Virus record (IMG/VR): IMGVR_UViG_3300027365_000002 | DNA from: a virus | Strand: one strand, 5' to 3' | DNA length: 45,573 nucleotides | Part shown: in pieces, positions 39,956-45,573 of the stretch | Layout of the letters: every line of letters begins with the position of its first letter | How positions within the stretch are numbered: position 1 is the stretch's first letter | Program-made: the position numbers and the translations under genes | The notes under the pieces: generated by a model | What the model was told of the DNA's origin: nothing | Database searches by the model: none | What the model saw: only the letters and a program-made list of their open reading frames with translations

Positions 39956-40357
39956 ATGTGGAAGATCGCTATGGGGGCAGCAGTGCTGGCATTGCTGTCT
40001 GGCTGTGCCACGTCGTCAGACGTGATGAATGCCCCGTTGACTGCAGGGGTTTCCAAGGATTTCAAAGCCCCGTATGAAACCACCAAGCGGCTGGCACTGG
40101 AGAGTGTTCAAGGGCTAAATGTCGACGTAAAATCGACACAGGAAACCGACGACGTCTACACCATCATCTTTGCCAAATCAATGTCAGCTTTCAGCTGGGG
40201 CGAGGTTGGACGCGTCAATGTCATGGACCTTTCCCCGAAAAGCCGTGTATCCGTGATTACCGAGAAGCGTGCGAAATATCAGTTGACCGGCACAGATCAA
40301 GGTGATTTCGCGCAGGCTGTCTTCGATGGTATCGAGCATGCGTTGGATCGTCGCTAG
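39956..40357 (+). CDS. Lipoprotein (moron) between the tail chaperone and tape-measure genes
   Basis: Start at ATG 39956 after AAGGGA. MWKIAMGAAVLALLSGCATSS has a signal peptide plus lipobox. The DNA is AT-richer than its flanks. Confidence 0.7.
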   Translation: MWKIAMGAAVLALLSGCATSSDVMNAPLTAGVSKDFKAPYETTKRLALESVQGLNVDVKSTQETDDVYTIIFAKSMSAFSWGEVGRVNVMDLSPKSRVSVITEKRAKYQLTGTDQGDFAQAVFDGIEHALDRR

Positions 40358-40736
40358 TCTCGTGGCTGTTGCGCTTGCCGGGTGTGGCGGGCTGGAGCGA
40401 AAAAGCTATCCGTCATCCATCACGTCCAATCGCCTCGTGGGAACCGTTGCCCATGTGCAGCCCTATACCGGTGAAGCCAGCGAGAGCAACCTCTCCCGTG
40501 CAGGCTGGGGGCTTCTTGCAGGGGGAGTCGTGGCGAGCGCGTTTGCCGGTTTCTCCGAATCTGATATTGGCGATGTGGATGCCTACAGCTATATCGTCAA
40601 ACCGGTACCTGATGGCGAATCACAGCTCGTCAATGCCTACAATTATGTGCCGAAAGGCGCCTGTGTGGCGGTTTACGACTCCGTGTCGAAGGGCATGAGA
40701 TCCATCGAAAGACTCGGCCCTGATTCCTGCCGCTGA
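40338..40736 (+). CDS. Second lipoprotein (moron)
   Basis: Start at ATG 40338. MRWIVASLVAVALAGCGG has a signal peptide plus lipobox. It overlaps the first lipoprotein gene by 20 nt. Confidence 0.65.
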   Translation: MRWIVASLVAVALAGCGGLERKSYPSSITSNRLVGTVAHVQPYTGEASESNLSRAGWGLLAGGVVASAFAGFSESDIGDVDAYSYIVKPVPDGESQLVNAYNYVPKGACVAVYDSVSKGMRSIERLGPDSCR

Positions 40737-40763
40737 ATAACGTCTTCTCTTCACAACATCGAA

Positions 40764-40786
40764 CCCCGCCACGGCGGGGTTTTTTA
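40764..40786 (+). terminator. Strong rho-independent terminator inside the late operon, 22 nt upstream of the TMP start
   Basis: CCCCGCC (40764-70) pairs with GGCGGGG (40773-79), followed by TTTTTTATT. Confidence 0.8.
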
Positions 40787-40807
40787 TTGCCTGCATAGAG
40801 GTGGTCC

Positions 40808-43800
40808 ATGGCCAAGCAGTATCGTACAGCGGTCATCATCGAGGGTGACGCCAAGGGCGGGATCCGCGCGATACAGGCCACCGATGAACAGCTGACAAAG
40901 CTGAACCGTCGCTTCGACGATGGCGGCAAGCGCTCGCGGAAGTTCGCCAAGGACATCGACGGCACGAGCCGTGAGCTGGAGTTCCTCAAGAATACGGCCA
41001 CCGGCGTCGGCGCGGCGCTGGCCGGGGCATTCGCGGTCAACAACCTGGCTGGGCAGGCGCAGATGATCGCCCAGACAGATGCGCTGGCGCGCTCGCTCAA
41101 CGTCAGCACCCAGACGCTGCAGCAGTGGCAGTATGCCGGCCAGCAGGTGGGGCTCGAGGCCGACAAGGTCGGCGACATCTTCAAGGATGTCAGCGACAAG
41201 ATCGGCGACTTCGCGGCCACTGGCGGTGGCGAGGCCAAGGATCTGTTCGAGAACCTGAACCTGAACATCCGCGAGCTCGTCAGTCTCTCGCCGGATCAGC
41301 AGCTGCTGCGCATCGCCGATGCGATCAGTCAGGTGGAAGATCCCAGCCAGCGCACGTTCTATTTCGAGTCGCTGGCCGACGACATGATCCGGCTGCAGCC
41401 GCTGCTCGCCAACGGCGCAGCCGGACTGCGTCAGGCCGCGGCAGAGGCGGATTCGCTCGGCGTCGCCATGTCCGACATCGACACCCAGCGGGCGGTCGAG
41501 GCGGCGACAGCCATGGACCGCCTGAACGGCGTTGCCACCGGCCTGAGCAACACGCTGGTTGCCGACCTGGGTCCGGGGCTGGCGGATGCGACCCAGTCTC
41601 TGGCCGACTGGATCGACATGCTTGGCGGCGCGGATGAAGCGCTGTCCGATCTCATGGGCGTGGTGACCACCTTCGGCGGTGTCATGCTGGCGCGCCGGTT
41701 CCGCGCTCAGCTCGCAACCGCCGGTGCCGCCGGCCTGACGATGGGCCGGAACATTGCCACGGGGCTGTATGCCGCCACTGGCGCGGCGGGTGGCCTGAAC
41801 CGCGCCCTGGTGATGACTCAGGGGCGCATTGCCGCCACGGCAGCGGCTGGCCGGGCGCTCAGCGGTGCGCTGGCGCTGGTCGGCGGCCCGGTGGGCGCGG
41901 CGATTCTCGCCGCCAGTGCTGTCTATCATTTCCGCGACGAGCTGGGCCTGACGGTACCCAAGATCGAGGCGAACAGCGAGGCCGTGGCCACGCTGACCGG
42001 CAAGCTCGACGATATGAACCGGGCCACTGCCGAGCTGCAGCTGACGCAGCTGGTCGGCAAGCTGGCGCAGCTCAAGGCCGAGGCCAAGTCTGCCGGCGAG
42101 GCGTACCAGGAGGCGGCGACCGTCGGTGCCGATGGCGGTGGCTTCCTAGGCGTCGATGTCGGCGCGCAGACAAAGGCGATCCAGGACGTCGGTACCGCGT
42201 CGCGCGAAACCAGCCAGGAGATGGCCAACGTCGAGGCCGCGGTGTCTGCCGTGCGTGGCCGACTCCAAACGCTCAAAGACCAGGGCGAAGACACTACCCC
42301 GACGATCAAGCAGCTCGGCAACGCCAGCGATGAGGCCGCCAAGGCGGCCGAGAAGTACGAAAGCAGCCTGCAGTCACTGCTCGACACGCTCTACCCGACG
42401 CAGAAATCGCAGCGGGAATACCAGCAGTCCGTTGACCTGCTGACCACGGCCTACATGCGGGGTGACATCAGCCAGCAGCGCTACCTCGATGGCCTCGACA
42501 AGATCGACCAGCAATTCCAGAACAGCGGCTACTGGGCCAAGGAATACGGCCTCGATGTTCAGGACGCCGGCGGCCAGGCGGAAGAAGCCTTCGTCTCACT
42601 GCAGGACGTCGCGGTCGACTCAATCGGTCGAGTTGGCGAGCAGTTCAGCAACATGCTGACCGACTTCCTGTCTGGAGCTGAGGTCACGATTGATGACGTC
42701 AAGGGCGTCTTTGCTCGCGGCCTCGCCGAGATCGCCACCCAGGCGACGCTCAATCCCATCATGGTCGGCATACAGGGGTCATTGACTGGCCAGACTGGCC
42801 CCAATGGTGAGGCCACGTTCTCCAATGGTCTCAGCCAGTCCTGGGACAACATCTCCAGCCTTGGCAACTACGGCTCCAAGGCATGGGACTACGGCAAAGG
42901 CCTGATGGGGCTCGGCTCGGTTTCCCAGGGAGCCGCGCTGACCAGCGGTCTGACAGGAGGCGTCACGGCTGCCGGCATCAACGGCGCAATCGGTGCCGCC
43001 GGCGTGGGCTATGGCACCGCGGGCTGGGCGGGGAGCGCCTCGACCGCGGCTGCCCTGGGCGGCACGGCCTCGACCGGCATGCTCTCCAGCGCGATGGGCG
43101 CCGTGGGTACCGCGATGCCCTACGTCGGCGCCTCCATGCTCGCCGATCAGTTCCTGTTCGACGGGGCTATCTCGGGGGCGATCGGCGGCCTTTTCGGCTC
43201 CGGCTACACCCCGTTGTCGCTGGCGCTGACCACCGGCGACCAGAAGGCCGGCTCCGACTACTGGGACCGCGGCACGGCATATCAGTCGGCTTTCGGCAAC
43301 GTGGGCTACCGCGACCGGGGCACGAGGGAGCTGTACGACCATTGGGGCCAGCAGCCCGCCGAACAGTTCCTGCAGAGCATCACCCAGACTGATAACGCCT
43401 TCGCGCAGATTGCTGACTCAGCCGATCAAGTGCAGGCGATGGCCGAAGCTGTGCAGGGTATCGTGCTGTCCGGCGATGGCCCCGAGGAGATCAAGAACCA
43501 GCTCGACAAGCGCTACAAGGCCGCGTTCAGTGTGCTCGGCAATGCGTTCGATGACGTGATGCAGCAGTTCAGCGGCGGGGTCGATCAGATCACACCGCTG
43601 GCGACGGCGCTGGATACGCTCGAAGCGTCACTTTCTGGCAATGCCAAGGCAATAGCCGATGCTCAGGCAGCGCTGGGCTCCAGTGATGACGTGCTGGCGA
43701 CCGCGCAGGCTCTGGCGCAGTCGTCACAGGCGCTCAACATGCTGGGTAGCAATGCGGATCGGTTGAACATCCAGTTCTCCGCCACGGCACAGGGAGCGCT

Positions 43801-45573
43801 GGATGCCGCTGGAAGTCTGTCCGAGCTTGTCGGCGGCATCGACAATCTCTCGGCTCTGCAGTCGCGCTACTACGACGCATTCTTCACCGATAGCGAGAAA
43901 TTCGCGAACCTGTCGAGCGATCTGACGGATCAGTTCAACGCGATGGGCCTCGCTCTTCCGGACACGCGCGAGGGCGTGCGCTCGCTGGTCGAAGGGCTGG
44001 ATCTGATGACCCAGTCCGGCCGCGAGCAGTATGCGCAAATCATGCAGCTCGTGCCGTTGCTCGATCAGTATGTTCAGGGCGTGCAGGCGCAGCGCGATGC
44101 AGTGCAGTCGGCGATACTCGATCAGTATGAGAGCATCACCGGATTTCGCCCCGAGGCTAGCGCCGGAGCCATCCAGCTATACATGGAGCAAGTCTCTAGC
44201 GGCGCGCGCACGCTTGAGCAAGTCCTGCAGCAAATAGCCGATCAGGTCGGGTCGGCACATGACGCCCTCAGCGGCTATATCGTCACATCCGGTGGTTTTG
44301 GAGCGGCCAATGACGCTCTGGATCAGTATCGCGATGCGATTGACGCCGTCAGCTCCAGCGCTGTCAACGCGGCTCGGAATCTGGTCGATAAGTACGGCTC
44401 GGCGCTCGATCAGATCAACTCGACTATCGAGCGGTACGTAGGATCGGGCAACTCCGGTCTCGTTGGCCGGATGAATAGCGCGCTGACCCAGTATCAGTCT
44501 GCGCTGTCGGATAGCGGTCTCGATGAGATCACCCAGACCCTGGGGCAGTACCAATCGACCACCAGTGGCCTGCTGGGTGAGATGCAGGCGGCGCTGACCC
44601 AGTATCAGTCTGCGCTGTCGGATAGCGGTCTCGATGAGATCACCCAGACCCTGGGGCAGTACCAATCGACCACCAGTGGCCTGCTGGGTGAGATGCAGGC
44701 GGCGCTGACCCAGTATCAATCGGCGCTCGACGCATCCGGCTTGAGCGAGATCCAGAACGCTCTGTCGCAGTACAAAGGATCTTCTGCTACCGGCATTCTC
44801 GGCGATCTTCAATCTGCCCTTTCGCAGTACCGATCGATTATCGATAATTCCGGGTTGAGCGAAGTTCAGAACGCTCTATCGCAGTATGGCGAGTCATCAC
44901 GCAACGGAATCCTCGGCACTCTCGATGACGCTATCGCGGCGTACAACGATGCCGTCGACAAATCGACCGAGGCTCAGCGTGCGCGCAACGAGCAACTGGA
45001 CGCCGAAAAGCAGGCTGTCGAGTCGCTGAAGGATATTTACGACTCGCTGCTACTGTCGGATCAGTCGATCCTCAACCCGCTCGAACGGTTGCAAGAGGCG
45101 CAGAGCCAGTTCGCTGCACTGCAAGTCCGTGCGGAGAACGGCGACACGTCGGCGGTCTCGCAGATCCAGGGCGCGTCTCAGTCGTATCTCGATGCGGCTG
45201 CCTCGTACTACGGTCAATCCTCATCGCAGTACGCGTCGATTTTCGGCGACGTGACCGGGGCAGTGACGGATCTGCAGGCCCAGTACGGGCAGTCGATTGA
45301 CGAGATCGGTAGCGTTGCCGACATCACTCAGCGTGCCGCCGAGGCTCAGGCTCAGGCGCATGACGAGCTGATGGCTCGCCTGGGAGCGCTGAAGGATCAA
45401 GCGTTGGCCCAGCAAGATAGCGCACAATCGTCGCTTATCAGCACGCTGGAGTCACTGCAAGCCGAAGCCGAGGCCCAGCAAGATAGCGCACAATCGTCGC
45501 TTATCAGCACGCTGGAGTCACTGCAAGCCGAAGCCGAGGCCCAGCAAGATAGCGCACAATCGTCGCTTATCAG
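40808..45573 (+). CDS. Tape measure protein, N-terminal and central part (3' partial at the window end; continues at 1..922)
   Basis: Start at ATG 40808 after GAGGTGG (MAKQYRTAVIIEGDAKGGIRAIQATDEQL...). No frame +2 ORF with a stop is listed anywhere in 40808-45573, which fits one open frame running off the window. The gene follows G/GT. Confidence 0.85.
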   Translation, partial: MAKQYRTAVIIEGDAKGGIRAIQATDEQLTKLNRRFDDGGKRSRKFAKDIDGTSRELEFLKNTATGVGAALAGAFAVNNLAGQAQMIAQTDALARSLNVSTQTLQQWQYAGQQVGLEADKVGDIFKDVSDKIGDFAATGGGEAKDLFENLNLNIRELVSLSPDQQLLRIADAISQVEDPSQRTFYFESLADDMIRLQPLLANGAAGLRQAAAEADSLGVAMSDIDTQRAVEAATAMDRLNGVATGLSNTLVADLGPGLADATQSLADWIDMLGGADEALSDLMGVVTTFGGVMLARRFRAQLATAGAAGLTMGRNIATGLYAATGAAGGLNRALVMTQGRIAATAAAGRALSGALALVGGPVGAAILAASAVYHFRDELGLTVPKIEANSEAVATLTGKLDDMNRATAELQLTQLVGKLAQLKAEAKSAGEAYQEAATVGADGGGFLGVDVGAQTKAIQDVGTASRETSQEMANVEAAVSAVRGRLQTLKDQGEDTTPTIKQLGNASDEAAKAAEKYESSLQSLLDTLYPTQKSQREYQQSVDLLTTAYMRGDISQQRYLDGLDKIDQQFQNSGYWAKEYGLDVQDAGGQAEEAFVSLQDVAVDSIGRVGEQFSNMLTDFLSGAEVTIDDVKGVFARGLAEIATQATLNPIMVGIQGSLTGQTGPNGEATFSNGLSQSWDNISSLGNYGSKAWDYGKGLMGLGSVSQGAALTSGLTGGVTAAGINGAIGAAGVGYGTAGWAGSASTAAALGGTASTGMLSSAMGAVGTAMPYVGASMLADQFLFDGAISGAIGGLFGSGYTPLSLALTTGDQKAGSDYWDRGTAYQSAFGNVGYRDRGTRELYDHWGQQPAEQFLQSITQTDNAFAQIADSADQVQAMAEAVQGIVLSGDGPEEIKNQLDKRYKAAFSVLGNAFDDVMQQFSGGVDQITPLATALDTLEASLSGNAKAIADAQAALGSSDDVLATAQALAQSSQALNMLGSNADRLNIQFSATAQGALDAAGSLSELVGGIDNLSALQSRYYDAFFTDSEKFANLSSDLTDQFNAMGLALPDTREGVRSLVEGLDLMTQSGREQYAQIMQLVPLLDQYVQGVQAQRDAVQSAILDQYESITGFRPEASAGAIQLYMEQVSSGARTLEQVLQQIADQVGSAHDALSGYIVTSGGFGAANDALDQYRDAIDAVSSSAVNAARNLVDKYGSALDQINSTIERYVGSGNSGLVGRMNSALTQYQSALSDSGLDEITQTLGQYQSTTSGLLGEMQAALTQYQSALSDSGLDEITQTLGQYQSTTSGLLGEMQAALTQYQSALDASGLSEIQNALSQYKGSSATGILGDLQSALSQYRSIIDNSGLSEVQNALSQYGESSRNGILGTLDDAIAAYNDAVDKSTEAQRARNEQLDAEKQAVESLKDIYDSLLLSDQSILNPLERLQEAQSQFAALQVRAENGDTSAVSQIQGASQSYLDAAASYYGQSSSQYASIFGDVTGAVTDLQAQYGQSIDEIGSVADITQRAAEAQAQAHDELMARLGALKDQALAQQDSAQSSLISTLESLQAEAEAQQDSAQSSLISTLESLQAEAEAQQDSAQSSLI
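44480..44923 (+). repeat. Four tandem in-frame 111-bp (37-aa) units in the TMP; the first two are 100% identical
   Basis: Units start at 44480, 44591, 44702 and 44813. Units 1 and 2 both encode ALTQYQSALSDSGLDEITQTLGQYQSTTSGLLGEMQA. Units 3 and 4 are diverged, and more degenerate copies flank the array. Confidence 0.9.
45407..45573 (+). repeat. 2.5 copies of the 66-bp TMP unit at the window end, identical to 2-168
   Basis: Units start at 45407, 45473 and 45539; the last is truncated by the window end. Confidence 0.95.

Larger units (their letters stand above)
1..45573 (+). mobile_element. Complete, circularly permuted temperate lambda-like siphophage genome (episomal/virion form, no host flanks)
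   Basis: Full set of integration, immunity, replication, lysis, packaging, head and tail modules. Positions 1-168 are identical to 45406-45573 and both lie inside one tape-measure ORF. Confidence 0.8.

Noticed and set aside
44177-44812. A minus-strand ORF with an internally repeated peptide (RLILGQRRLHLTQQATGGRLVLPQGLGDLIETAIRQ, twice).
   Set aside because: It is the antisense reflection of the 111-bp TMP repeats. It has no independent coding evidence.

Overview
The window reads as one complete, circularly permuted genome of a temperate, high-GC, lambda-like siphophage, with no host flanks. Its two ends are an exact 168-bp overlap inside the tape-measure gene. Clockwise from position 1: tail-tip and fibre genes (AT-richer cassette), terminator, candidate attP, tyrosine integrase and DUF4224-like Xis. 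A leftward early operon follows (RdgC, ASCH-like, several unknowns, a roughly 480-nt highly structured non-coding stretch, and a LuxR-HTH first gene). Next is an immunity region: a CI-like S24 repressor with two passenger genes, tripartite ATATAGG-N4-CCTATAT operators and a YdaS/Cro-like gene. Then the rightward early operon: O-like/DnaT-like and lambda P-like replication genes, Bro-N antirepressor and VRR-NUC. After it lies a regulated promoter plus terminator and a six-gene translationally coupled operon: HARP-like, SNF2 helicase, PAPS-reductase/PP-loop (IbrA/DndC-like), small GNAT-like, ParB-like (IbrB/DndB-like) and a 355-aa unknown, plus an RHH gene. Downstream come a promoter-terminator-tRNA-Met(CAU) unit, lysis genes (lambda R- and S-like, overlapped spanins), and lambda-type packaging and head genes (Nu1-like, gpA, W, portal, ClpP-like protease, D, E, FII, Z). 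The tail genes include a G/GT -1 frameshift, two lipoprotein morons and a roughly 1,840-1,895-aa tape measure with nucleotide-perfect 66-bp and 111-bp repeats. The best candidate for an uncharacterised system is the PP-loop/ParB-like operon, a putative DNA-modification or late-regulation module. The two cI-operon passenger genes, in the position of lambda rexAB, are a second candidate. All family calls were made by eye from motifs; no database search was possible.
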